Positions 1 to 7,387 of a DNA stretch of 64,000 nt are shown here, piece by piece (positions within the stretch are counted from its first letter, which is position 1; each line of letters starts with the position of its first letter). The notes under the pieces are model-generated. The model was not told the DNA's origin and did not search any database. It saw only the letters and a list, made by a program, of their open reading frames with translations. The stretch lies in contig JAZKCS010000002.1 of the NCBI GenBank assembly GCA_040387955.1, positions 506,582 to 570,581 of the forward strand, read 5' to 3'. The position numbers were made by a program, and so were the translations under genes. The DNA is from Bacteroidota bacterium. GTDB taxonomy: Bacteria > Bacteroidota > Bacteroidia > Chitinophagales > Chitinophagaceae.

Positions 1-611
1 AAGGGTTGTTTTTACATTCAAGATTATTTGTTGACATAGATTTTTATTACAATAAATACAGGGAATTTATTGCACAGGTAGAGGCGAGTATTCCTAAAAC
101 AACTAAGCCGGATTCTATTGCATTTTATTTGAATGATAATAAACTACAGGATAGGTATCGTCTTTGGACAAACTCAAAAACCACTGTATATAATTATGGA
201 GGAAGTCTTGGATTGAAATATACCCTTCCCAAAAATTACATAATAAGAGCAAATGTTTCATATGCAAAGCTAGATAGAAAATCAGGGAATGATGGATTGG
301 AGGATGGTTTCAATACTCCAAAATGGATAATAAATATTTTAGTGGCAAATGAAAATATTTATAAAGCACTTGGCGCTGGAATTACTTACAAATGGCAGAG
401 CAGTTATTATTCACAAACATTTCTTGTAACCGGAACTGTCCCTGCTTACGGAAGCCTGGATGTACAAGTTAATTATCAAATTAAGAATCCGCAGATAAAT
501 ATAAAACTGGGTGCTACAAATGTTTTAAATAGATATTACTATTCTTTCCTTGGTGGTCCATCTATTGGGGGGGGGTATTATACAACTATTACCTATTATA
601 TATTTAAGTAA
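1..611 (+). CDS. TonB-dependent receptor / outer-membrane beta-barrel, C-terminal fragment (5' end outside the window)
   Basis: The ORF is open to the window edge. It shows an alternating beta-strand pattern (NVSYAKLD, GAGITYKWQ, KLGATNVLNRYYYSF) and an aromatic-rich C-terminal strand. Confidence 0.65.
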   Translation, partial: GLFLHSRLFVDIDFYYNKYREFIAQVEASIPKTTKPDSIAFYLNDNKLQDRYRLWTNSKTTVYNYGGSLGLKYTLPKNYIIRANVSYAKLDRKSGNDGLEDGFNTPKWIINILVANENIYKALGAGITYKWQSSYYSQTFLVTGTVPAYGSLDVQVNYQIKNPQINIKLGATNVLNRYYYSFLGGPSIGGGYYTTITYYIFK

Positions 612-621
612 GAACTAAATT

Positions 622-2274
622 TTAAAATGCATTTGTAAATATTTTTCCTGCCTGTAATTTATCATGGCCGTAAATATCTTCTGCAAAATGCAAAAAGCCA
701 TTTTCATCTACCCATGCTGTATAGTAAGATATGAGTACGGGAACAGGCTCTTTTAATTTTACATATTTTTCTTCTCCAGCGTTCATTGCGGCATTGATCT
801 TTTCCGGGGTCCATTCAGGAGAATCTTTTAAAAGATATTCTGCAAGCTTTGTAGGCTCGCTTAAACGAATACATCCATGACTGTAAGCCCGTTTATCTTT
901 TTCAAATAATGATTTGGCAGGCGTATCATGAAAATAAATATCAAAACTATTAGGGAATAAGAATTTTACTTTTCCCAAAGAATTTTTTTCACCTGGCAGT
1001 TGCCTTACTGCAGGGATACCATTACCTAATGTGCCGTTTATTTCCATATTATTTTTTGCCAGATAATTAGGATCTTTATCTACGGCAGGTAAAATTTCTT
1101 TTTGAACAATACTGTAAGGCACATTCCAATAAGGTGAAAACACAATCTGGTTCAGGTTTCCCGTAAACATCATTGTATTGTGTCCTTCTTTACCTACTAC
1201 CACCGGCATGTCAAAAACTTTTTGACCTCTTTCAGTAAGATGAAAAATAAATTCAGGAATATTTACAACAATAAATTTTCCTTTAGGCTGATCAATGACC
1301 CATTGTGTACGCCCCATATTAATAAGCAATTGCTGAATTCTTATATCAACCGGAACATTCATATCCTTTAATTGTTGTTCTGTAAGTTGACCTGTAGGAG
1401 TATAGCCGTGACGTACTTGAAAATTTTTTATTGCGCTTGCCAATGTATCATTCCACATAGTGGTAGTATCTGAAATAGCAAGATCTCCGCTGAGGTAAAG
1501 TCGTTTTTTAAGTAAACTTACAAGGGGCGAAGCTGTTTTTACATTCAACTGTTTTGCTGTTGCATTTACAATAGGCCATCCTCCTCCTTTTTGCACAGCC
1601 ATATATTTTCCAAGATAATCTTTCAATGCTCCATAAGTTTTATTTACATCTTCATAATACTTATCGTCTTTATGTTTTTTTTGCAACAAAGAATCTGCTA
1701 ATTGTATAGCATCAGATTTTACATAAGGCACAAACTTCTCCATTTCTTTACGCTTGATATAACCCTTATCTATATTACTTAAATAAAACCTAATGAAATG
1801 ATCTGTCATTTTTAATTCTGTAGATAGAAGATCTTTTTCCTTACCTGTCCATGATGTATCATCACTTGCAATAAATCTATCCATCGTCTCCATCATTGCC
1901 TTATCTGCAACCACTTTATTTGGTTCAGAACTAAGATAATATTCATACATATTCCAAAATCCTCTTGCCTGTTCTGTAGGTCCTGTTCCTGTAAACCAGG
2001 CATACTGATAATTTCTATTATTGTAAAAACTGATCATTCTTCTGCTAAGAGAATCGTTTAAAGAATTGCTGGTTATATATTTAACCAGTTCAGAACTGTC
2101 AAAGAAAAATTCACTGTAAGAATTTTGTTTGTTGATGTAATAATTCCGTTTAGTTACTTTTTTATTTGATTCCTCCGTATTCCCTGAAGATTTATTTTTT
2201 CCTTTTTCGGAATTACTACTATCACATGCGTAAAAGGCTAGAGTAATAGCCACTATTAATATTTTGTATTTCAT
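622..2274 (-). CDS. L,D-transpeptidase family protein (YkuD catalytic domain plus peptidoglycan-binding domain)
   Basis: It has the catalytic motif HGCIRLSEP and a PG-binding-like segment (AIKNFQVRHGYTPTGQL). I place the start at MKYKILIVAITLAFYAC, a lipoprotein signal, rather than at the upstream ORF-track start 2349. Confidence 0.85.
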   Translation of the reverse strand: MKYKILIVAITLAFYACDSSNSEKGKNKSSGNTEESNKKVTKRNYYINKQNSYSEFFFDSSELVKYITSNSLNDSLSRRMISFYNNRNYQYAWFTGTGPTEQARGFWNMYEYYLSSEPNKVVADKAMMETMDRFIASDDTSWTGKEKDLLSTELKMTDHFIRFYLSNIDKGYIKRKEMEKFVPYVKSDAIQLADSLLQKKHKDDKYYEDVNKTYGALKDYLGKYMAVQKGGGWPIVNATAKQLNVKTASPLVSLLKKRLYLSGDLAISDTTTMWNDTLASAIKNFQVRHGYTPTGQLTEQQLKDMNVPVDIRIQQLLINMGRTQWVIDQPKGKFIVVNIPEFIFHLTERGQKVFDMPVVVGKEGHNTMMFTGNLNQIVFSPYWNVPYSIVQKEILPAVDKDPNYLAKNNMEINGTLGNGIPAVRQLPGEKNSLGKVKFLFPNSFDIYFHDTPAKSLFEKDKRAYSHGCIRLSEPTKLAEYLLKDSPEWTPEKINAAMNAGEEKYVKLKEPVPVLISYYTAWVDENGFLHFAEDIYGHDKLQAGKIFTNAF

Positions 2275-2541
2275 GTTGTTGCGAATACAAATGTTGTGCC
2301 TTGCACATTTATAAAAGCAATTAAAGGTTTTATAGACAATTTTTTTCATTGCTGAGGAGTACGCTACCCAAAATGAGGAAGTGATTTTTAAAATGGGGAG
2401 GCGGTTTTCTATAGATCAGATCCTGAGTACGTTATATTTATAGCGTTTTAAGATTTTTAAAACTACATGCATTAAAATGCAATATATTATTCGAACCATC
2501 GTTTTAAGAGTGGTTTTTCATAGGATATTGGATTTTAAAGC

Positions 2542-2576
2542 GGGGCTAGATTTCTATCTTGGCCCCTTTTATTTTT
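2542..2576. terminator. GC-stem hairpin GGGGC..GCCCC followed by TTTTATTTTT on the + strand
   Basis: Seen directly in the sequence. It lies between lipoprotein gene 2619-2921(-) and the ldt gene(-). The U-tract is on the + strand, where no gene is called, so the strand and its client gene are ambiguous. Confidence 0.4.
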
Positions 2577-2618
2577 ATTCTTAAGCCACTAAATAATTTA
2601 TTTAATGGTTGTATTATA

Positions 2619-2921
2619 TTAATGAGGCTTAAACGATTTATTTTCAAACATAGCTTTGTTATATAGGTAATATTTACCGTCATCATAGTTTTTCCAATAA
2701 CGTTTTCCTTCAAGGTCATAATACAATCTGCCATCAGGTGTTTTTTTAGCTACGGCATCATTTACAATAATGAATTTAGGTACAGGTGTTTTCTTAGTTT
2801 TGATAATTACTGCTGATTTTTCTGGCACATTTTCCACAGTTTGGGGTTGATGTTTTTTGCTGCAGCCAATTAAAAGAGTAAAAAATAAGACGGGGATTGT
2901 TAAATATTTTTGTTGTTTCAT
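2619..2921 (-). CDS. small hypothetical lipoprotein
   Basis: The signal peptide plus lipobox-like LLIGCSKK suggests a lipoprotein. I recognise no other domain. Confidence 0.55.
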   Translation of the reverse strand: MKQQKYLTIPVLFFTLLIGCSKKHQPQTVENVPEKSAVIIKTKKTPVPKFIIVNDAVAKKTPDGRLYYDLEGKRYWKNYDDGKYYLYNKAMFENKSFKPH

Positions 2922-2999
2922 CCCCCTACACCTTCAATTCTTTATCCAAAATCTGTTAAAGAAATAATTAAGTGTATTCTATCCACAACTTACTGTTTG

Positions 3000-3014
3000 T
3001 GGCACCATCATTGT
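3000..3014 (+). promoter_or_regulatory. sigma54-like -24/-12 type element TGGCACcatcaTTGT
   Basis: The GG lies 60 nt upstream of the ATG of the REC gene. It shares the extended TTGTATTTTATT with the site at 18379. Confidence 0.5.
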
Positions 3015-3060
3015 ATTTTATTGATAAAGTAATTATTTGTAATTTTTAAGAATAGAGGAG

Positions 3061-3432
3061 ATGAAAAAGAGAATAGTAGTTTTAGACGATGACGATTCAA
3101 TACAAGACCTTTTGAGGATGATATTCGAAAGAGCCGGTTATGAAGTTATTTCTGAATCTGACCCTGAAGATGTTTTGAAAGGATATAAAGACTTACCTGA
3201 TATATATTTGTTAGATCGTCAATTAGCAGGAGCAGATGGTCTCGTTTTATGCGATCAATTAAAACATTCCCCCACTACTCAACATATTCCAGTTATTATG
3301 GTTTCGGCTTCGCCGGATATTGGTGTTCTTTCAAAATTAGCAGGCGCAAATGATTATATTGAAAAACCTTTTAGGGTAAATCATTTATTAAATGTTGTTG
3401 AGCATCAAATTGAAAAGAGCCATTATCACTAA
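3061..3432 (+). CDS. single-domain response regulator (receiver domain only)
   Basis: CheY-like features are present: DDDD acidic pocket, phospho-acceptor in YLLDRQL, MVSAS, and EKPF. It has no output domain. Confidence 0.9.
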   Translation: MKKRIVVLDDDDSIQDLLRMIFERAGYEVISESDPEDVLKGYKDLPDIYLLDRQLAGADGLVLCDQLKHSPTTQHIPVIMVSASPDIGVLSKLAGANDYIEKPFRVNHLLNVVEHQIEKSHYH

Positions 3433-3485
3433 TTTTTTGAAAAAAAATCCCTCAATTTTTTACAAGATTTTAATTCCATTTATTA

Positions 3486-3500
3486 AGGCACGCCAATTGA
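3486..3500 (+). promoter_or_regulatory. sigma54-like element aGGCACgccaaTTGA
   Basis: The GG lies 43 nt upstream of the ATG at 3530 (small ORF plus ligD operon). Confidence 0.5.
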
Positions 3501-3529
3501 TATATTTTTTTTAATTAAAATTATTATTT

Positions 3530-3715
3530 ATGACAAAAAAAATGCTCTTGGCATCTGCCATCCTATCTACAGGATTGGGATACCTACTCTATTCAAAATG
3601 GAGAAAAAGTAATAGCAACCAACAAAGTGAAGGCGAAGGAGATATGAAAATGGAACGTGCAAAAAAGAACAGGCACGTTGGTAACTTTCCAAAACCTGCA
3701 ACATTAGCTGGTTAA
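3530..3715 (+). CDS. small hypothetical membrane protein (one predicted TM helix)
   Basis: This 61-aa ORF has a hydrophobic N-terminal helix (LLASAILSTGLGYLLY). Its stop abuts the ligD start, and the promoter-like element is correctly placed upstream. Confidence 0.45.
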   Translation: MTKKMLLASAILSTGLGYLLYSKWRKSNSNQQSEGEGDMKMERAKKNRHVGNFPKPATLAG

Positions 3716-6409
3716 TTGATTATGGGATTAGCTAAATATAAAAGCAAAAGAAATTTCAACGAATCCCCCGAGCCAATGGGAGGCAAAGCAGATAGTGATA
3801 AACTTAGGTTTGTCATTCAAAAGCATGATGCCTCCCATTTGCATTATGATTTTAGGCTGGAAATGGAAGGTGTTTTAAAAAGTTGGGCTGTGCCTAAAGG
3901 GCCATCAACTGATCCCACCGTTAAGCGTCTTGCAATGATGGTGGAAGATCATCCATTTGATTACAGAAATTTTGAAGGAGTTATACCAAGCGGTTATGGT
4001 GCTGGTACTGTCATCGTTTGGGACGAAGGTTTTTATGAACCTGCAGAAAAAACATCAGACGATAAAAAGATGCAGGATAAAGATCTAAGAAGACAATTAC
4101 ATTCGGGTAAATTAAAGATCGTATTAAAAGGAAAAAAACTAAAAGGAGAATATGCGTTGGTGAAAGCTCACGGACGAGGAGAAAATGGATGGCTGTTATT
4201 TAAAGTGAATGATAAATATGCATCTTCAGATGATATTACAAAAAAAGAAAAATCGGTGATCTCTAAAAAGACATTGGCACAAATAGAAAAAAATCCCAGC
4301 AATATTTACGGATCAAAAAAAATAAAAGCAGATAGCTCTTCCAAAAAAAAAGAACCAGTAAAAAAAGAACCAGTAAAGAAAAAATCAGTTGAGGTTAAAA
4401 AAAAAATTACTGATTCTGAAGATCTATTGAAGTCTGCACCTACCTCAAAATTTATTACAAACCTTCAGCCTATGCTGGCTACTTTAGTTGATAAACCTTT
4501 TTCCGAAGAAGGCTGGCTGTATGAAGTAAAATGGGATGGTTATAGGGCTGTAGGATTTATCAATAAAGGAAAGATTGAATTAAAATCACGTAATGATAAA
4601 TCATTCAATGAAAAATTTTATCCTGTAACAAAGGCGTTGAAAGATTGGGGTATCAATGCAATTGTTGATGGAGAGGTAGTTGTGTTAAATGAGAATGGTG
4701 TATCGGATTTTGGTGCGTTACAAAACTGGAGAAGCGAAGCAGATGGGGAATTGTTTTATTATGTATTTGATATTATGTGGCTCGATGGTAAAGACCTTAC
4801 ACAGGTTCCTTTAAAAGATCGGAGAAAAATTCTGGAAGAACAAATTCCTGGTAACGGCATTATTAAACTTAGTCAAACATTTGAAACATCAGGCATTGAT
4901 TTTTTTGAAGCTGCAAAAAAAAATGGCTTGGAGGGAATTATTGCTAAAAATGCCAATAGTCAATATATAATAGGTAACCGTTCAAAAGAATGGCTTAAAA
5001 TAAAAGCGAATAAGAGACAGGAAATGGTGATTGGCGGTTATACAAAAAATGATGACACCAGTAAACTTTTCAGTGCTTTACTTGCCGGGGTATATGATGA
5101 TGGTAAATTAATTTATACAGGAAAAATTGGGACAGGGTTTAATGATAAAATGCAAAAAGAGATGATGGCAAAGTTCAAAAAACTTGTTATTAAACATCCC
5201 CCATTTACTGAGTTACCTGATATTAATAAACCATCACGGTTCAGGCCTAATCCCCCTCGTGCCACTGCTACATGGCTTAAACCTGTATTGGTATGCGAAG
5301 TAAGTTTCACAGAAATGACCACAGATGGTATTATGCGTCATCCTTCATTTGAAGGAATGCGAATAGATAAAAATGCAAAAGATGTTATCATGGAAAAAGT
5401 TAAGCCGGTAAAAAAAACAGTTAAGGAAGCCGATATGCTTAGTAAAAAAAAGGCGATCACCCCTACAGCAAAAAGTGAAAGAAAAACATTTTTAAATCCT
5501 ACTGATGAAACGCAGGTAAGAAAAATAAATGGACACGAATTAAAGTTTACCAATCTTAGTAAAATATATTGGCCTAAAGAAAAAATTACGAAAAGAGATC
5601 TGTTGAATTATTATTACCAGGCAGCTCCTTACATTTTACCATATCTTAAAGAGCGGCCACAATCTATGTTGCGTCATCCTAACGGTATTAATGGCGAAAG
5701 TTTTTTCTTTAAAGATATTACCGGCAAGGCGCCTGGTTGGTTAGACACATTTCTTTATCATAGCGAAGCGGACGACAGAGATAGAAATTACCTGGTAGCT
5801 AAAGACGACGCAAGTTTATTATATATGGCAAATCTTGGATGCATAGAAATGAATCCATGGCATAGCAAGGTTAAAACAGAAGACTTTCCCGATTGGTGCA
5901 TTATAGATCTTGATCCGGCAAAAAATACTTTTGACCAGGTAATTGAAGCGGCACAAGTAACGCATGAGATATTAAAAAGCATGGGCATTGATTGTTATCC
6001 AAAAACAAGCGGCTCTACAGGTATGCATGTATATATTCCTTTGGGGGCAAAATATACTTATGAGCAATCAAAAGAGTTTGCAAGAGTAATAGCAAGATTA
6101 GTACATGAAGCCTTACCAAAATTTACAAGTATTGAACGGACTGTAAAAGATCGCAAAGGAAAAATGTATATTGATTTTTTGCAGAATAGGGCACAAGCAA
6201 CTGTTTCGGCGCCATATTCTGTAAGACCCAAACCCGGCGCAACTGTATCAATGCCCCTTGATTGGAGCGAAGTAAAAAAAGGTTTAAAAATGTCCGACTT
6301 TACAATTCATAATGCTATTGAAAGAATAAAGTCTGAAGGAGATATTTTTAAACCTGTACTTGGAAAAGGGGTTAATCTAAAAAAGATCATTGCTGATATG
6401 GAAAAATAA
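3716..6409 (+). CDS. ligD: ATP-dependent DNA ligase LigD, three-domain form (3'-phosphoesterase - ligase - primase/polymerase)
   Basis: It has a PE domain (RFVIQKHDASHLHYDFRLE..WAVPKGPS), the ligase adenylation motif EVKWDGYR, and a C-terminal LigD polymerase domain (FFFKD.., YIDFLQN). The ORF-track start is TTG at 3716, and an ATG at 3722 is an alternative. Confidence 0.95.
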   Translation: MIMGLAKYKSKRNFNESPEPMGGKADSDKLRFVIQKHDASHLHYDFRLEMEGVLKSWAVPKGPSTDPTVKRLAMMVEDHPFDYRNFEGVIPSGYGAGTVIVWDEGFYEPAEKTSDDKKMQDKDLRRQLHSGKLKIVLKGKKLKGEYALVKAHGRGENGWLLFKVNDKYASSDDITKKEKSVISKKTLAQIEKNPSNIYGSKKIKADSSSKKKEPVKKEPVKKKSVEVKKKITDSEDLLKSAPTSKFITNLQPMLATLVDKPFSEEGWLYEVKWDGYRAVGFINKGKIELKSRNDKSFNEKFYPVTKALKDWGINAIVDGEVVVLNENGVSDFGALQNWRSEADGELFYYVFDIMWLDGKDLTQVPLKDRRKILEEQIPGNGIIKLSQTFETSGIDFFEAAKKNGLEGIIAKNANSQYIIGNRSKEWLKIKANKRQEMVIGGYTKNDDTSKLFSALLAGVYDDGKLIYTGKIGTGFNDKMQKEMMAKFKKLVIKHPPFTELPDINKPSRFRPNPPRATATWLKPVLVCEVSFTEMTTDGIMRHPSFEGMRIDKNAKDVIMEKVKPVKKTVKEADMLSKKKAITPTAKSERKTFLNPTDETQVRKINGHELKFTNLSKIYWPKEKITKRDLLNYYYQAAPYILPYLKERPQSMLRHPNGINGESFFFKDITGKAPGWLDTFLYHSEADDRDRNYLVAKDDASLLYMANLGCIEMNPWHSKVKTEDFPDWCIIDLDPAKNTFDQVIEAAQVTHEILKSMGIDCYPKTSGSTGMHVYIPLGAKYTYEQSKEFARVIARLVHEALPKFTSIERTVKDRKGKMYIDFLQNRAQATVSAPYSVRPKPGATVSMPLDWSEVKKGLKMSDFTIHNAIERIKSEGDIFKPVLGKGVNLKKIIADMEK

Positions 6410-6410
6410 C

Positions 6411-6590
6411 TTACTCTTTGTTCAGATAAGCGCTTACATCATCCACCGAAGTTCCTGCCACAACCACAGCATCAATTAACTTTTCTTTGCTTACATTAAA
6501 ATGAGTACACCAATAATCTAATTCCCAATCTTCATGAATATTAACCCTTTTTGCATCCTGTGGTTTGATTTCTTTTAAATTGTCGCTCAT
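6411..6590 (-). CDS. DUF3606 domain-containing protein (59 aa, below the ORF-track cutoff)
   Basis: My own translation of the minus strand gives MSDNLKEIKPQDAKRVNIHEDWELDYWCTHFNVSKEKLIDAVVVAGTSVDDVSAYLNKE. This matches the DUF3606 pattern (I..E.E..YW...F.VS...L..AV...G.S...V..YL). Confidence 0.75.
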   Translation of the reverse strand: MSDNLKEIKPQDAKRVNIHEDWELDYWCTHFNVSKEKLIDAVVVAGTSVDDVSAYLNKE

Positions 6591-6615
6591 AACATTATAT
6601 TTTATGAGTAGTAAA

Positions 6616-6630
6616 ACAATTAATGCGCCA
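6616..6630 (-). promoter_or_regulatory. sigma54-like element TGGCGCattaaTTGT
   Basis: The GG lies 39 nt upstream of the DUF3606 ATG (6590). Confidence 0.45.
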
Positions 6631-6638
6631 AACCATTT

Positions 6639-6836
6639 CTATTGTATTTTTTTAAAAGGAAAATTATTTTTAATGAACTTGTTTAGGAATTCGCCTTTTG
6701 AAAAAGCCGACTGCATTTCTTTATAAATATTTTCAGGAACATTTAAGTAGTCATATATAGCTCCCGAAAGAAAAATGATCCTCAATATTTTTTTATCTAT
6801 ATTATAGATCATTTTTGATATTACTGTAGAGGGCAT
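6639..6836 (-). CDS. KTSC domain-containing protein
   Basis: The segment LRIIFLSGAIYDYLNVPENIYKEMQSAFSKGEFLNKFIKNNFPF matches the KTSC fold signature. I place the start at MPSTV (6836) because the promoter-like element occupies 6863-6877. Confidence 0.75.
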   Translation of the reverse strand: MPSTVISKMIYNIDKKILRIIFLSGAIYDYLNVPENIYKEMQSAFSKGEFLNKFIKNNFPFKKIQ

Positions 6837-6862
6837 TAGAAATTTAGATTTATAGAAAAAAA

Positions 6863-6877
6863 TCAATAATTATGCCT
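6863..6877 (-). promoter_or_regulatory. sigma54-like element aGGCATaattaTTGA
   Basis: The GG lies 40 nt upstream of ATG 6836 (KTSC gene). Confidence 0.5.
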
Positions 6878-6913
6878 TTTCGTTTTTCAAGAAATAATAG
6901 CATCTTTACCCTT

Positions 6914-7147
6914 ATGGAAGAACAAAAAAATAACCCGTTACATAATATTACTCTTGAACAGATCATGAACTATCTGGTTGAAAATTATGGATGGGATTAT
7001 TTGGGAGAGCAGATCAATATAAATTGTTTTAAAAAAAGTCCTTCTATAAAATCAAGTCTCACCTTTTTGAGAAAGACACCTTGGGCAAGAGCGAAAGTAG
7101 AGAGTTTGTATTTGTTTGTGAAAAGAAAAGAGAAAAAATTAAAATAA
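6914..7147 (+). CDS. DUF2132 (VF530-like) domain-containing protein
   Basis: The segment [60 protein letters not shown] is the DUF2132 signature. I place the start at MEEQK. Confidence 0.75.
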   Translation: MEEQKNNPLHNITLEQIMNYLVENYGWDYLGEQININCFKKSPSIKSSLTFLRKTPWARAKVESLYLFVKRKEKKLK

Positions 7148-7230
7148 TTTTAACCAGTCTACTGTAGATTTTATTCCACACTCTTATACGTTTGTATTTC
7201 ACAGAATTACGCTGGTTCTATCTTTTGGGT

Positions 7231-7245
7231 TGGCATATTTGTTGT
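7231..7245 (+). promoter_or_regulatory. sigma54-like element TGGCATatttgTTGT
   Basis: It lies 156 nt upstream of the TonB-receptor ATG. This is the longest leader of the set, so I am less certain of it. Confidence 0.35.
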
Positions 7246-7387
7246 GCGTTTATAAAACTTCTGCAAATAAATACTTCTCTCTGTTAAACCCAGGCTATCA
7301 GTACCCATTTTTGCAAAGCAGAATTTTGTATTTTCAATAATAATAGAATATTTTTAGTAGATAAAATTTTATTTTAAACCAAAGCTT

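Noticed and set aside
1180-1371. Many 60-140-aa ORFs lie antisense to or out of frame with long genes. Examples are 1180-1371, 5113-5322, 5338-5553, 5788-5988, 7714-8040, 9636-10031, 11480-11746, 16952-17209, 19707-20165, 20619-20972, 24407-24814, 27622-27891, 31098-31514, 34732-35055, 44808-45125, 47483-47770, 54625-54999 and 59121-59519.
   Set aside because: They lie entirely within much longer ORFs that carry clear conserved motifs on the other strand or frame. Their sequences are low-complexity or hydrophobic shadow translations, and none has its own promoter or terminator signal.
7148-7387. A possible riboswitch (cobalamin or thiamine) in the long leader of the TonB-dependent receptor.
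   Set aside because: No B12 box (GCCACTG-like) or THI-box core could be found, and no convincing multi-stem structure was seen by eye. A cmsearch would be needed to exclude one fully.
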